The notes beneath the pieces were generated by a model. The model was given only the letters and a program-made list of their open reading frames with translations. It did no database searches and was not told the origin of the DNA. Below, in pieces: positions 35,980 to 47,267 of a DNA stretch of 64,000 nt. The stretch covers positions 133,453-197,452 of the forward strand of contig JAFVTS010000008.1 in NCBI GenBank assembly GCA_017503105.1. Reading direction: 5' to 3'. The DNA comes from Clostridia bacterium. GTDB lineage: Bacteria; Bacillota; Clostridia; Oscillospirales; CAG-272. The stretch's first letter is position 1; each line of letters opens with the position of its first letter. The position numbers were made by a program, and so were the translations under genes.

Positions 35980-37998
35980 TTAAACTGTTTGTTGCCTGTC
36001 AAGATATTCGTCGATGCTCGCCTTCAGCGTTTCAAGAACCGCGATAACGGAAGCTGACTCGACCTGCGCGCCCGCAACGTCGAAATGTCCGCCGCCGTGC
36101 AATTTTTCAAGTATGAGCTGAACGTTGATGGTTCCGTTGGAACGTCCCGAAATGTGTATCTGCTCACCTATTCTTACGAGCGCGAACGCTGCGTCTATGC
36201 CTTTGAGCGTAAGCATCTTATCCGCCGCCTTGGATGCAACGACGCGGTATGAAGCGTCCGTATCTCCGTCGCACGAGGATATGGCTATATTGTTTCTGTA
36301 AGTCGTAATGTTCGTATGGAATCTCGACTCCTTTGAAAGCTCGGAGGCAGAGGTCTTGAACATCGAATAAACGTCAGCGGGATCCGCGCCCGCACCGCGC
36401 AGATACTGAGCCGCGCCGAACGTTCTCGTTCCCGTATTTCTCGTGAGCTGCTTCGTGTCAAGAATAATTCCCGCAAGGAGCATATCCGCTTCTTCTTTGA
36501 GAAGGCTTCTTGAGCTTATTGCGTTTTCAAGCATTTCCGTAACGAGCTCACAGCTGCTCGAGGCGGAGGGCTCAATGAACGAGAGCTCGACCGTGGGATC
36601 CTCAACGCTGTCGATTTTTCTATGGTGGTCGATTATGGCAACCGACGTGACCTTTTTGGCGATGTCGGCAAACTGCGCTCTTGATTTGGAGTTATGGTCA
36701 ACGAGAACGAGAAGCGTGTCGGGTCCTACGAGATCAAGCCCCTCAGCGTTATCCACGAAGACCGTTGCGTACATAGACGTTTTTTGCATCATCTCAATGC
36801 AAGGTGCCAGATTTCGGTCGCGCATATCGACGGCTATATTGGTTTTAGCACCGCAGAGCATAGCAAGCCTTGCCACGCCGACGGACGCTCCGAACGAATC
36901 GAAATCACCGTATCTGTGACCCATTATAATGACGTTATCCTTACGCGCGAAGAGCGCCGTAAGCTTATTTGAGAACGTACGGGAGCGAACGTTCGAACGC
37001 TTATAGACCGACTTCGTTTTACCGCCGTAATACGCCGTCTCGGTCTCGGTTCTGTAAACGACCTGGTCACCGCCTCTTTGAAGAGCCGTGTCTATGGCGT
37101 CTTTCGCCACAGCCTCGCGCTCGGCAAGCGAGCCGCCAACCGCGGCAATTCCTATCGAAACGGTTATGGACACGCTGTCACCGACTCTGGCGTCGCGCAC
37201 CTTATCAAGAATGGAAAATTTATCTTTTATAAGCCCTTCAAGATGCACGCAGTCAAAGAGCATTATAAATTTATCGTTCTCGTAGGGTCTGATTATAGCT
37301 CCGATAGACGCCGCCCATTCTTTAAGCTTCTCTTCTACCGAAGAAACGGCATCGACCACGTTGTCGTGCACGTACTGAAGAACGTCTTCAATATTATCAA
37401 TAGCGATATAAGCGACCGCAAGACGCTCGTCGTTATACTTTCGCTCAAGCTCGGCAAGCTCGGTCATATCGTAAAGCATTATTACGTAAAGTCCCGGGGC
37501 ATCCGACGTTATCTCAAACGTTTCCACGTTGTAAACTCTTCCGAGAAAATCAAGCCTCTTATTTTCGCTGAACGCTTCTACGTATTCCTTTCCGAAAGCT
37601 TCCTCCAAGCTCTTACCGACGTAATTCTCACCAAGTGCGCGTCCTTCAAACGCCTCGTTATACCAAACTATCATATCGCGGGAATCAAAGATCAAGGTAG
37701 GTATCTTGGAATCCTTAAATATTTTGCTTCCTTTCTCGGAAAGCAGATCGTGAACGTTCTTTACGGGCTTTATTTTAGATGAAATGCCCTTTTTGTAGCT
37801 GACAAAGCACACTTCGGCGAGGTAAAGCAAAAGTCCTATTGCCGCGGTAAAGACCGCAGGGATAGACAATATCTCAACAAAAACCGCAACAAGGATAAGA
37901 TTCAGGCAGCCAAGCGCCGCGTACAGAACCATTTCAAACCTTGAGGCTATTGGAATATTACCGCTCTCGCCCGTTCTGTTATTATTTTTCATCGTCAT
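35980..37998 (-). CDS. gdpP: c-di-AMP phosphodiesterase GdpP (YybT family): 2 TM + PAS-like + degenerate GGDEF + DHH/DHHA1
   Basis: ORF 35980..38043. The likely start is ATG at 37998 or 37992 (MTMKNNN), overlapping the upstream stop. It has a DHH motif (IIDHHRK), DHHA1 GGGH (LHGGGHFDVAGAQ), and conserved yybS-gdpP-rplI-dnaB synteny. Confidence 0.85.
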   Translation of the reverse strand: MTMKNNNRTGESGNIPIASRFEMVLYAALGCLNLILVAVFVEILSIPAVFTAAIGLLLYLAEVCFVSYKKGISSKIKPVKNVHDLLSEKGSKIFKDSKIPTLIFDSRDMIVWYNEAFEGRALGENYVGKSLEEAFGKEYVEAFSENKRLDFLGRVYNVETFEITSDAPGLYVIMLYDMTELAELERKYNDERLAVAYIAIDNIEDVLQYVHDNVVDAVSSVEEKLKEWAASIGAIIRPYENDKFIMLFDCVHLEGLIKDKFSILDKVRDARVGDSVSITVSIGIAAVGGSLAEREAVAKDAIDTALQRGGDQVVYRTETETAYYGGKTKSVYKRSNVRSRTFSNKLTALFARKDNVIIMGHRYGDFDSFGASVGVARLAMLCGAKTNIAVDMRDRNLAPCIEMMQKTSMYATVFVDNAEGLDLVGPDTLLVLVDHNSKSRAQFADIAKKVTSVAIIDHHRKIDSVEDPTVELSFIEPSASSSCELVTEMLENAISSRSLLKEEADMLLAGIILDTKQLTRNTGTRTFGAAQYLRGAGADPADVYSMFKTSASELSKESRFHTNITTYRNNIAISSCDGDTDASYRVVASKAADKMLTLKGIDAAFALVRIGEQIHISGRSNGTINVQLILEKLHGGGHFDVAGAQVESASVIAVLETLKASIDEYLDRQQTV

Positions 37999-39016
37999 TC
38001 TCACTTTCGTTATTGTTGATGTGGGAACCGCCCTTCGGTCCATTACCGCTCAGAGATCTGTTTGATACAAACGAAAATACCGCGCCCGCTACCGCAAGGA
38101 ATTGGATCGCAAGTGATGAAAGAAGCAAAACTCCGATAATCACCGCCATAGCGGCAACACCGCGCCTCCAGCGCTGTGCAAGCATTGCCGTTACGAAATT
38201 ATATCCGATATAAGCGTATACAAAATTAAAAATAGAATAAAGATTGGCGACCGAAACCGAAAATACGTTAGTTTCCGTGGCAAACGCGTTCACAAACGCG
38301 AGCAAGATATAGAAGACAACGAAAACGTTAGACGTAGTAAAGCGCCACGCAAGAAGATAGGAGTCGTCCTCGGAAAATCTGCGCATCAAAAAAGTAAATA
38401 TCTTAAACGCGCACCCCGTTATTACGAGCGCCGCAACAACGAGCAAGGACGGCAGAAGAAGCGCGTAGGCGTTAAGATACGTCTGTGCCTCGGAGAGCGC
38501 GAGCCCAAGCTGATCGGCAGGAACCGAGGACGCAAGCGAGCGCTCCGCGTTTTCTAAGAAAAATATTTTAAACTCGTAGAGCTTCGCTGCGTAGAAATCT
38601 TTGACGTCTGAAAGCTGAAACGTTCCTATGCTCCTCGCAGCACCGATCCAAAGTGCCACGAGAGTCAAAACGATAGCGACCGTAATTACCGCAACGACGG
38701 ACTCGGTCTTACTCCTTTTATAAACGTAAGTAACGCCGATAACGAGTCCGCAGACCGAGGACAAAACGGCGCAAAAGAAAGCAAGCGGTCCTATAAAATA
38801 ATTAAGCACGCATATCCCCGCGCAAACAAGCGCAAGAATTACGGCACCGTGGCGCTTCGGAAAAGACACCGCGAAAAGCGCGGCAGTAAAAGCCGCCGAC
38901 AGCGGAACGGCGATGAAATCGAACGTAGAATTTAAAAGTCCGAAAAAGGCAGCCGCAAACGCTAAAAAGACAACGAGCTTACCGTAATTATATTTTTTAT
39001 TTAATTCAAAAACCAT
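37982..39016 (-). CDS. YybS-like membrane protein (DUF2232)
   Basis: ORF 37982..39028; the ATG at 39016 follows GGTGA. About 10 hydrophobic segments. Positioned directly upstream of gdpP, as B. subtilis yybS is. Confidence 0.7.
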   Translation of the reverse strand: MVFELNKKYNYGKLVVFLAFAAAFFGLLNSTFDFIAVPLSAAFTAALFAVSFPKRHGAVILALVCAGICVLNYFIGPLAFFCAVLSSVCGLVIGVTYVYKRSKTESVVAVITVAIVLTLVALWIGAARSIGTFQLSDVKDFYAAKLYEFKIFFLENAERSLASSVPADQLGLALSEAQTYLNAYALLLPSLLVVAALVITGCAFKIFTFLMRRFSEDDSYLLAWRFTTSNVFVVFYILLAFVNAFATETNVFSVSVANLYSIFNFVYAYIGYNFVTAMLAQRWRRGVAAMAVIIGVLLLSSLAIQFLAVAGAVFSFVSNRSLSGNGPKGGSHINNNESENDDEK

Positions 39017-39218
39017 AATTTTCACCAAAATATTTTTATACTTATATAGTATAACATAATTATGACAATTTGTAAAGAGAAAAGGCGCATAAACTTTTAA
39101 ATAAATGTTAAATTTATAAAATAAGCGTCCGAATTTAAATTATTTTTAAGTTTATTGTTGAAATATCAGACAAAATCGTGTACAATATATACGTAAATAA
39201 CAAATGAGGTTGAGTAAA

Positions 39219-41354
39219 ATGAATACCTATACCCTCGAAAGTTCGGTTTCCCTGCTTTTCGGAGTCGGTAAAACGAAGGCTGACGCGCTCTCAAGGCTCG
39301 GCATCAACACCGTTGGCGATCTTATATATTTTTTCCCTCGCGCATACGAAAAGCGCGGTGACGTGCGCCTCGTCGGAGAAGCCGAATACGGCATACCTCA
39401 CGCGTTCATCCTTACCGTCGCCTCAGAGGTCAGAAGCGTTAAAATAAAAAAAGGAATGACGCTTTCGACCTTCAGAGCCTTTGACGACTCGGGATCTATC
39501 GAAGTCACGTTTTTCAATTCCCCCTTTGTAAAGGATATTTTTCACACGGGCTCCGCGTTCAGATTTTACGGAAAGCTCGATTACGCAAAAAATCACGTAA
39601 GACTCACCTCTCCGAAGTACGAGCCGTATATCAAAGACAAGCCTCTTGTCGATTTTATTCCGATATATCCGTTAAGAGAGGGACTCAGCTCAAAATTCAT
39701 CGGAGGGCTGATAAAAAACGCTCTCAATTCCGTATTGAACACGGTAAAGGATCCCTTGCCCGAGGACGTTCGTTTGAGAAACTCGTTGTGCACGCTTAAT
39801 TTCGCGCTTCTTAATATCCATTTTCCCGAAAACGAGGAGTCGCTGAGAAAAGCAATAGACCGTCTGGCATTTGATGAAATGCTGCTTTTCGGACTTGGAA
39901 TTTCCCTGTCCGCAAAATACAAAAGCGGAGCGAAAGCGCTCGGCTTCTCCCCCTGCTCTTTAGATCCTTTGACAAGCCTTTTGCCGTACGAATTAACGAG
40001 AGCGCAAAAGGACGCGATAAACGATATTTACAAGGATACCGTAATTGCCCCGAAAGAAAAAAGCGCTCAGCCGATGGCAAGAATAATCGTTGGTGACGTA
40101 GGATGCGGAAAAACCGTTTGCGCCGCGGCGGCTATCTACATAGCGGCAAGCTCAGGCTTCCAGAGCGCTTTGATGGTGCCCACCGAAATTCTCGCAAGAC
40201 AGCATTACAAGGAGCTCTTGGAGCTCTTTGCAAAATTGGGATACAAGACGGAGCTCTTGATAGGAGCAACGTCGCAAAAAGACAAAAAACGCATTTATGG
40301 CGATTTAAAAGAAGGCAGAACGACTGTCGTTATAGGAACGCACGCTCTTCTTTCGGACAAAGTCGAGTTTTCAAATCTCGGTCTTGTAATAACAGACGAG
40401 CAGCACCGCTTCGGCGTGGCGCAAAGAGCGGTTCTGAAAGACAAATCAAAATCGGCGCATCTTCTCGTTATGAGCGCGACGCCTATCCCAAGGACCCTCG
40501 CTCTCGCTCTGTACGGAGATCTCGACATTTCAAGGATAACCGAAATGCCTAAGGGCAGAATGCGCGTTGACACGTACGTCGTGAACGAATCTTACAGAGA
40601 AAGGCTCAATACCTTTATCGAAAGACAGGTATCCCTCGGCGGTCAATGCTATATCGTTTGCCCGTCGATAGAAGCGGATAAAAGCGAGGCGGAAGGAGAG
40701 GTTTACGAGCTCGGAGCTTTGCAAGATACGGAAACGGAGCTCAAAAACGCGACCGAATATTCCGAAGAACTTAAATCTGCCCTTCCAAACCTCAGAATCG
40801 GTCTTTTACACGGCAAAATGAAGCCTTCGGAAAAAGATCAGATAATGCACGCTTTCTCGGACGGCGAATACGACGTTCTCGTTTCAACCACGGTAATAGA
40901 GGTCGGCGTCAACGTCCCAAACGCATCATTGATGATAGTGGAAAATGCGGACAGATTCGGTCTTTCACAGCTCCACCAATTGAGAGGACGCGTTGGACGC
41001 GGCACGCGTAAATCGTTCTGCGTGCTCGTTTCGGATTCAAAATCGGAAAAGGCAAAGGCTCGTCTTGAGGTAATGCGCACGCTTTACGACGGTTATGAGA
41101 TAGCCGATAAGGACCTTGCACTAAGAGGCCCAGGAGATTTCTTTTCTCTCGAATCAGGCAATAATTTAAGGCAGAGCGGTGGATTTGAGTTCAAACTCGC
41201 TACGCTTTGCGACAACAAGGACTTGTTTGATTCCGCGTTTTCAGAGGCAAAAGGCATAATGAGCTTGGACCCCGAGCTCGCCTTGCCCGAGCACGCCGAT
41301 CTCGCTCGCGAGCTCGGTTCAAAAATGAAGCTGACAACAAGCACGATATCTTAA
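39219..41354 (+). CDS. recG: ATP-dependent DNA helicase RecG
   Basis: ORF 39204..41354; ATG at 39219. Wedge domain followed by SF2 helicase motifs GDVGCGKT, DEQHRFG, SATPIPRT and QLHQLRGRVGRG. Confidence 0.93.
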   Translation: MNTYTLESSVSLLFGVGKTKADALSRLGINTVGDLIYFFPRAYEKRGDVRLVGEAEYGIPHAFILTVASEVRSVKIKKGMTLSTFRAFDDSGSIEVTFFNSPFVKDIFHTGSAFRFYGKLDYAKNHVRLTSPKYEPYIKDKPLVDFIPIYPLREGLSSKFIGGLIKNALNSVLNTVKDPLPEDVRLRNSLCTLNFALLNIHFPENEESLRKAIDRLAFDEMLLFGLGISLSAKYKSGAKALGFSPCSLDPLTSLLPYELTRAQKDAINDIYKDTVIAPKEKSAQPMARIIVGDVGCGKTVCAAAAIYIAASSGFQSALMVPTEILARQHYKELLELFAKLGYKTELLIGATSQKDKKRIYGDLKEGRTTVVIGTHALLSDKVEFSNLGLVITDEQHRFGVAQRAVLKDKSKSAHLLVMSATPIPRTLALALYGDLDISRITEMPKGRMRVDTYVVNESYRERLNTFIERQVSLGGQCYIVCPSIEADKSEAEGEVYELGALQDTETELKNATEYSEELKSALPNLRIGLLHGKMKPSEKDQIMHAFSDGEYDVLVSTTVIEVGVNVPNASLMIVENADRFGLSQLHQLRGRVGRGTRKSFCVLVSDSKSEKAKARLEVMRTLYDGYEIADKDLALRGPGDFFSLESGNNLRQSGGFEFKLATLCDNKDLFDSAFSEAKGIMSLDPELALPEHADLARELGSKMKLTTSTIS

Positions 41355-41389
41355 ATTAAACGCAAAAGCCGAAAGGAATATATTTGACA

Positions 41390-42634
41390 ATGCCCATACA
41401 GCCATTGGCAGACAGACTGCGCCCCCAAAACTTCGATGAGATAGCAGGACAAGCTCACCTCGTCGGAAAAAACGGTATTTTAAGAAAGCTCGTGGAAAAC
41501 GGCAGGATTCCGAATTTGATTTTCTACGGTCCTCCGGGAACGGGAAAGACCACCGTTGCCAATATTATCGCAAAAATGTCGGGTATGCAGCTTTATAAGC
41601 TTAACGCCACGACAGCCTCGCTCTCCGACGTCAAGGACGTGATCACTTCAGCGACGGACGATAATATGTTTTCAGACGGCGGAACGCTCCTCTATCTTGA
41701 CGAGATACAGTATTTCAATAAAAAACAGCAACAATCGCTTCTTGAATATATGGAAAACGGAAAGATCACGCTCATTGCGTCTACTACCGAAAATCCGTAT
41801 TTCTGCGTTTACAACGCCCTGCTCTCACGTTCCTCGGTCTTTGAGTTCAAGTCACTGAAGCCCGATGACTGTATACCGACGCTGAAGCGCGCGTTAGATA
41901 CGCTCAATTCGGATTTTAACGACGGAAAAACGGTCAAGGAAAGCACGCTCCGCGCCGTTGCCGCAAGCTGTGGCGGAGACGTCCGTATGAGCATCGGAGT
42001 AATAGAAAACGCATTTTACATAAGCGAAAAAGAGATAACCGAAGAAACGGCAGAAGAACTTCTTCCTTCGATCGTCGGTCATTTCGACAGAAACGGCGAC
42101 GTGCACTACGACCTGCTCTCGTGTCTTCAAAAATCAATACGCGGCTCAGACCCCGACGCCGCGATATTTTACCTTTCTAAAATACTTGCCTCGGGAGATC
42201 TTCTTTCAGCCTGCAGACGAATCCTCGTTATCGCAAACGAGGACGTCGGATGCGCGTATCCTATGGCGGCGGTGGTAGCTCACGCTTGCACCGAAAGCGC
42301 AAAAGCCCTTGGGCTTCCCGAAGCGGCTCTTCCGCTTGCAAACGCCGTTTGCATACTCGCGACCGCGCCAAAATCCAACAGCGCGTATTCTGCGTATCAC
42401 GCAGCCTCGGCAGATGCCGCGGGAGGCTTGGGAATTACGCCGCCCGAGCATCTCAGATCGCCCTTGTTCAAGGGATATAAGTACCCGCACGATTATCCCA
42501 ATCATTACGTAGAACAGGATTATCTTCCCGCCGATCTTAAAGGACGTAAGTATTATAATTTCGGAGAAAACAAGACCGAGCAAGCGGCAAAGGCTTATTA
42601 CGAAATGATAAGACGGGATAAAGCGGTCAAATAA
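41390..42634 (+). CDS. rarA: Replication-associated recombination protein A (RarA/MgsA AAA+ ATPase)
   Basis: ORF 41384 (TTG)..42634; ATG at 41390. LADRLRPQNFDEIAGQAHL, Walker [10 protein letters not shown], Walker B LYLDEIQ, and the MgsA C-terminal domain (SIRGSDPDAA). Confidence 0.92.
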   Translation: MPIQPLADRLRPQNFDEIAGQAHLVGKNGILRKLVENGRIPNLIFYGPPGTGKTTVANIIAKMSGMQLYKLNATTASLSDVKDVITSATDDNMFSDGGTLLYLDEIQYFNKKQQQSLLEYMENGKITLIASTTENPYFCVYNALLSRSSVFEFKSLKPDDCIPTLKRALDTLNSDFNDGKTVKESTLRAVAASCGGDVRMSIGVIENAFYISEKEITEETAEELLPSIVGHFDRNGDVHYDLLSCLQKSIRGSDPDAAIFYLSKILASGDLLSACRRILVIANEDVGCAYPMAAVVAHACTESAKALGLPEAALPLANAVCILATAPKSNSAYSAYHAASADAAGGLGITPPEHLRSPLFKGYKYPHDYPNHYVEQDYLPADLKGRKYYNFGENKTEQAAKAYYEMIRRDKAVK

Positions 42635-42665
42635 TTTATATTATACGCGCATATTATACTTTTAC

Positions 42666-42694
42666 TTGACAAAACGGACAATATTTGGTATAAT
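42666..42694 (+). promoter_or_regulatory. Consensus sigma-A promoter (extended -10) for the lipid kinase / comEC unit
   Basis: TTGACA (42666-42671), 17 nt ending in TGg, TATAAT (42689-42694). The leader is about 95 nt. Confidence 0.6.
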
Positions 42695-42793
42695 GATTTT
42701 ATTGATAAATAAGGCACTCCGTTTTTTTACGAAACGCATATTCCTTACCCGCAAAACGCCATCAAAAAATCATCTTGCATTTCGGAGATATTT

Positions 42794-43708
42794 ATGATCT
42801 ATCACTTCATATTAAACCCCAATTCGGGTAAGCGAAAAGAACAAAAGGCGATGGAAGATACCATAAAATCCGCTTGCAGAAAGCGTCGCCTCGATTATCA
42901 CATATATTACACTACTTGCCCCGGGGACGCTACCGAATACGTGCGTTCTATGGTCAATTCCTTCAAGGACCGTCAAAGGTTTATTTGCGTTGGCGGTGAC
43001 GGTACTATAAACGAGATCGTAAACAGCGCGCCTTGCAATCCGAGAGTCGAGTTTGGCGTTATTCCGCGCGGCTCGGGAAACGATTTCGTCAAAAATTTCG
43101 GTGATATAGATAAGTTTTATGACATTAACGCTCAGCTTGACGGCACTCCCGTTTCCCTTGACCTGATCAAATGCAACGAGCACTACTGTGCCAATATGAT
43201 CAACATAGGCTTTGACTGTGCCGTTGCCAAGGAAGCCCAGAAGTTAAAATTCATATCACCGAGATTCTCATACATCCTCGGCGTCGTAAAGGTATTTTTC
43301 AGAAGGATCGGCACTCAAATGAAGCTCACCTTCGATGACGGCACCGTTATAGCAAACAACCTCACCCTCACCGCGATAGGAAACGGAAAATTCTGCGGCG
43401 GCGGCTTTATGGCAGCACCCCAAGCAGATCTTGAGGACGGACTGTTTGACGTTTGCGTGATCAAGAAGGTGTCACGCAGCCGCCTGCTCTCTCTTATAGG
43501 CATCTATAAAAAAGGTCAGCACGTCGGAAATCCGAAGGCTGAAAAATACATAACCTACCGCAGGTGCTCGCATTTGAAAATGGAATTCAACGCACCCGTG
43601 CCGATTTGCATCGACGGCGAGATCAAAGGTGCTAAAACGGTCGATCTTACTGTGATCAGAAACGCCTTTAATTTTGTTATACCGAAAGAAAAAGACCTTA
43701 TTCAGTAA
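42794..43708 (+). CDS. Diacylglycerol/lipid kinase family protein (YegS/BmrU/DagK-like)
   Basis: 304 aa. Catalytic-domain motifs GGDGTINEIVN and IPRGSGNDF. Confidence 0.85.
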   Translation: MIYHFILNPNSGKRKEQKAMEDTIKSACRKRRLDYHIYYTTCPGDATEYVRSMVNSFKDRQRFICVGGDGTINEIVNSAPCNPRVEFGVIPRGSGNDFVKNFGDIDKFYDINAQLDGTPVSLDLIKCNEHYCANMINIGFDCAVAKEAQKLKFISPRFSYILGVVKVFFRRIGTQMKLTFDDGTVIANNLTLTAIGNGKFCGGGFMAAPQADLEDGLFDVCVIKKVSRSRLLSLIGIYKKGQHVGNPKAEKYITYRRCSHLKMEFNAPVPICIDGEIKGAKTVDLTVIRNAFNFVIPKEKDLIQ

Positions 43709-43728
43709 ATAATACAAGGCAGAATGAT

Positions 43729-45990
43729 ATGAATATATTCAACAAGAGGCCGCTTTGCTTAATACTCTGTGTTATGCTGGGCGGCTTCACCCTTTTCTCC
43801 GTCGGCTCCGACACGGTGAAACGCTATTTAATATTTACCGCCCTTTCCGCTTTGATCATATCGTTTTCCGTATCTCACGCCGCGAGAGTGCGCACGGGAT
43901 TTTTCAAGCTCTTATCGCTTCTTTTGCTTTTGTCTTGTCTTCTATCTCATTTTTATTTTGTACGCTTCGACCCTTCGACACGGTATGATGAAGAAGTAAA
44001 AATAAGCGGTCAGGTGGTAGAAACGGACGATTCCTCATTGTACAAAACAAGTCTGGTCATAAGCGCCTTCTCCATCGAAAACGGCGAACTCGGAAAAGAA
44101 AAACGAATACTTGCACGAATATCGAAATCGGACGCGCAGTACATATACAAAGGTGCCGTCATAACCTTCAAAGCGAAGCTGAAAAGCATCGAAAGCTCCG
44201 AGGATTTTGATGCAAGATCTTATTATTATTCAAACGGAATTTGCGCTGAAGCCGTCGACTTTAAGCTGACGGACGTTTCTGAGCCGCCCGAAGAAACCGT
44301 CGGATTAAAGCTCTCGCTGATCAGGGAAAACATATCGCGCCAAAGTATGCTTACTATGGGCGAGGATGCGGGCTCACTCTTCGCAGCCGTCTTTATGGGT
44401 CAACGCTCTTACCTCTCTCCGAGGCTTTCGCTCGACTTCGGGCGTATCGGCATATCTCACATTCTTGCCCTCAGCGGTATGCATCTCGCAATTCTCGCGA
44501 TAGGGCTCACGAAGATTTTGTCACTGTTCGGTATTTCCAAAAAGCCGAGAACCGTCATCATAATTTTTCTTATTGTGTTTTATATGGCGCTGACGGGCTT
44601 TTCCGTTTCCGTGGTGCGAGCGGGAATAATGCTGATCATTTCATCTCTCCTATACCTTTTCGCCTCGGCAAAGGATCTTCCGACGAATCTCGCGATTTCC
44701 GTATTCCTGATATGCCTGATCACTCCGTACGCCGTGTTTGATATTTCCCTTTGGCTTTCGGCCTTCGCAACGTTCGGTATCGTTGCTATGACGGATATAG
44801 CTTCGCAAAAGCTACGGAAGAAGAACGTATTTATAAAGCTTCTTTCGACGGTAGGTGCATCATTCGCCGCATCGTTTTTTGCCATAAGCGCAACGATGCT
44901 GATAACTACGGCTATATCGGACAAAACTTCTCTTCTTGGAGCGTTCTCAACTCTTATCTTCTCGTTTTTGATAGAAGTGTTTATATACGTCGGACTTTTG
45001 ATTCTTGCCGTAGGATTTATTTTTCCCATAGGTGCCTACGTTATGGAGCCGCTGTATTCGGCGATAGATAAGCTTTCGTATGCCCTATCTTCGCCGCGGT
45101 GGATAATAGTTTCGACGGACGAAGTGCAGATCAGAGCGCTCATAATCGTATTCACCGTCATTTTCTTCGCGTTTATAGTTTTGAAAATAAAACGTATCAA
45201 GCTCGCCCTTTTGCTTTTAGTATGTTCGTTCATAGCCGTTCACGGATTTGCCGCCGCGCAAACTTACGCCGATGCTTTTTCGGACGGAATAACTTACGGC
45301 AAAGACGCAAATCACGAGATATTCACACTGAAATCGAACGGCACGACAGCCGTACTCGACTTTGGGTCTTATACCGAGAACACGGCGTATGAAACGGTGG
45401 ATATGCTGAGCGAGCAGAATGTATTTTCGCTTGATGCTTACATTACGACAAATTATTCATCCCGTATGGATGAAAGTATAAAAACTTTACTTTCACGGAT
45501 AAAAACCGAGGCAGTTTACGTGCCGGAGGCTGTGGGCGAAGATGAAGAAAGGCTTCTTGCTCTTACCGAGCTCGTGACTGACGAGTTTAAAACCGCCCTC
45601 GTCACCTATTCGGTCGACACCGTTATAAAGATCGGCAGTATCACGGTAGAGCAACCAAGCACCTCGGTCCTCAACGCTTCGACCGCAGGCTCGGTATTCA
45701 GAATCGCCTGCCCGGGTCACGTTATAACGTATATATCCTCGGGGGCACTCAAGAATATGACAAAAGAGCAAGTAGGAGAGCTTACCCTAAATTCAAACAC
45801 CCTGATCTTCGGCTCACACGGCAAAAAATACTCCGTGCCTTACGTTTACGCTAACACGCATTCGGCGGTAAAAAGAATTATAGTATCGGGTAAGAGCCTT
45901 TCGTTAGATGACGACGCCCTTTCCTTTTATAAGAAAAACGGCACCGAGATCATAACCGATCTCGGCACCGCCATAAAGCTTATACATTAA
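43729..45990 (+). CDS. comEC: DNA internalisation-related competence protein ComEC/Rec2
   Basis: 753 aa. N-terminal OB/DUF4131-like part, a central polytopic competence domain (ISHILALSGMHLAIL), and a C-terminal metallo-beta-lactamase-like region. Confidence 0.85.
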   Translation: MNIFNKRPLCLILCVMLGGFTLFSVGSDTVKRYLIFTALSALIISFSVSHAARVRTGFFKLLSLLLLLSCLLSHFYFVRFDPSTRYDEEVKISGQVVETDDSSLYKTSLVISAFSIENGELGKEKRILARISKSDAQYIYKGAVITFKAKLKSIESSEDFDARSYYYSNGICAEAVDFKLTDVSEPPEETVGLKLSLIRENISRQSMLTMGEDAGSLFAAVFMGQRSYLSPRLSLDFGRIGISHILALSGMHLAILAIGLTKILSLFGISKKPRTVIIIFLIVFYMALTGFSVSVVRAGIMLIISSLLYLFASAKDLPTNLAISVFLICLITPYAVFDISLWLSAFATFGIVAMTDIASQKLRKKNVFIKLLSTVGASFAASFFAISATMLITTAISDKTSLLGAFSTLIFSFLIEVFIYVGLLILAVGFIFPIGAYVMEPLYSAIDKLSYALSSPRWIIVSTDEVQIRALIIVFTVIFFAFIVLKIKRIKLALLLLVCSFIAVHGFAAAQTYADAFSDGITYGKDANHEIFTLKSNGTTAVLDFGSYTENTAYETVDMLSEQNVFSLDAYITTNYSSRMDESIKTLLSRIKTEAVYVPEAVGEDEERLLALTELVTDEFKTALVTYSVDTVIKIGSITVEQPSTSVLNASTAGSVFRIACPGHVITYISSGALKNMTKEQVGELTLNSNTLIFGSHGKKYSVPYVYANTHSAVKRIIVSGKSLSLDDDALSFYKKNGTEIITDLGTAIKLIH

Positions 45991-47074
45991 ACAAGAACTC
46001 AACGACGTCGCCGTCTTTCATAACGTATTCCTTGCCCTCGCTTCTGAGAAGACCCTTTTCCTTGACCTTATTCCTGTCGCCCTCGCGAACGAGATCGTCG
46101 AAGGCAACAACCTCTGCACGAATAAACCCGCGCTCGAAGTCGCTGTGAATCTTTCCGGCTGCTCCGGGCGCTTTTGTTCCTTTTTTAATGGTCCAAGCGC
46201 GTACCTCCTTGGGTCCCGCGGTAAGGAAGCTGATAAGACCGAGGAGCGTGTAGCTCGACTTTATGAGCTTATCAAGTCCGCTCTCCTCAATGCCCATATC
46301 CGCAAGGAACGAAGCCTTCTCTTCACCTTCAAGCTCGGCGATCTCCGCTTCTATCTGTGCGCTGACGGCAATAATTTGGCTGCCCTCCGATGCGGCGTGA
46401 GCGCTGAGCGCCTGATAGCCCGCGTTGTTTTCATAATCTCCGCCGACTTCGTTTTCGGAAATGTTCGCAACGTAAATTATCGGCTTCAAGGTAAGGAAGC
46501 GCGATTCGTCTATCATAGCCGCCTCATCCTCGTCAAGCTCAACCGTACGTGCGCACTTTCCTGCCTCAAGCGCAGCCTTGACTTTTTCAAGCACCGCAAC
46601 CTTTTCAAGAAGCTTTTTATCGCTCTTGGCAGCCTTCGCGGTTCTTTCGATCGCTCTTTCCGCAACCTCAAGGTCGGAAAGAATGAGCTCAAGATTTATC
46701 GTTTCCACGTCGCGAAGAGGATCGACCGTTCCCTCAACGTGGATTATATCTCCGTTTTCAAAGCAACGAACGACGTGAACTATCGCGTCGACCTCGCGAA
46801 TATTTCCGAGAAATTTGTTTCCAAGTCCCTCGCCCTTTGACGCGCCCTTTACGAGTCCTGCGATGTCCACGAACTCGATTATGGCGGGCGTATACTTTTC
46901 GGGCTTGTACATCTCGGCAAGCTTGTCAAGACGGCTGTCGGGAACGGCGACCACTCCGACGTTCGGGTCAATCGTACAGAACGGATAATTTGCCGACTCC
47001 GCACCTGCGTTTGTAAGAGCGTTGAAAAGCGTACTCTTTCCAACGTTCGGAAGTCCTACGATACCAAGTTTCAT
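45980..47074 (-). CDS. ychF: Redox-regulated ATPase YchF (Obg-like)
   Basis: 364 aa. [31 protein letters not shown], and a C-terminal TGS-like domain ([13 protein letters not shown]). Confidence 0.95.
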   Translation of the reverse strand: MKLGIVGLPNVGKSTLFNALTNAGAESANYPFCTIDPNVGVVAVPDSRLDKLAEMYKPEKYTPAIIEFVDIAGLVKGASKGEGLGNKFLGNIREVDAIVHVVRCFENGDIIHVEGTVDPLRDVETINLELILSDLEVAERAIERTAKAAKSDKKLLEKVAVLEKVKAALEAGKCARTVELDEDEAAMIDESRFLTLKPIIYVANISENEVGGDYENNAGYQALSAHAASEGSQIIAVSAQIEAEIAELEGEEKASFLADMGIEESGLDKLIKSSYTLLGLISFLTAGPKEVRAWTIKKGTKAPGAAGKIHSDFERGFIRAEVVAFDDLVREGDRNKVKEKGLLRSEGKEYVMKDGDVVEFLFNV

Positions 47075-47267
47075 TTATGTCTCCTTAACTGCCGCCCGTG
47101 CGGCTCTTTTATTTGCAACAATAGTATTCTACCATAAATTTTACGGTTTGGCAAGTATTTTGACAAAAATAAATCCTCGCTTACGTATTTACTTAAATAT
47201 ATTAACGCTGTTTTTCACAAAATCGTATAGTTTTTGAAAAATGGAACAAAAAATTCATAAAAAGTTC

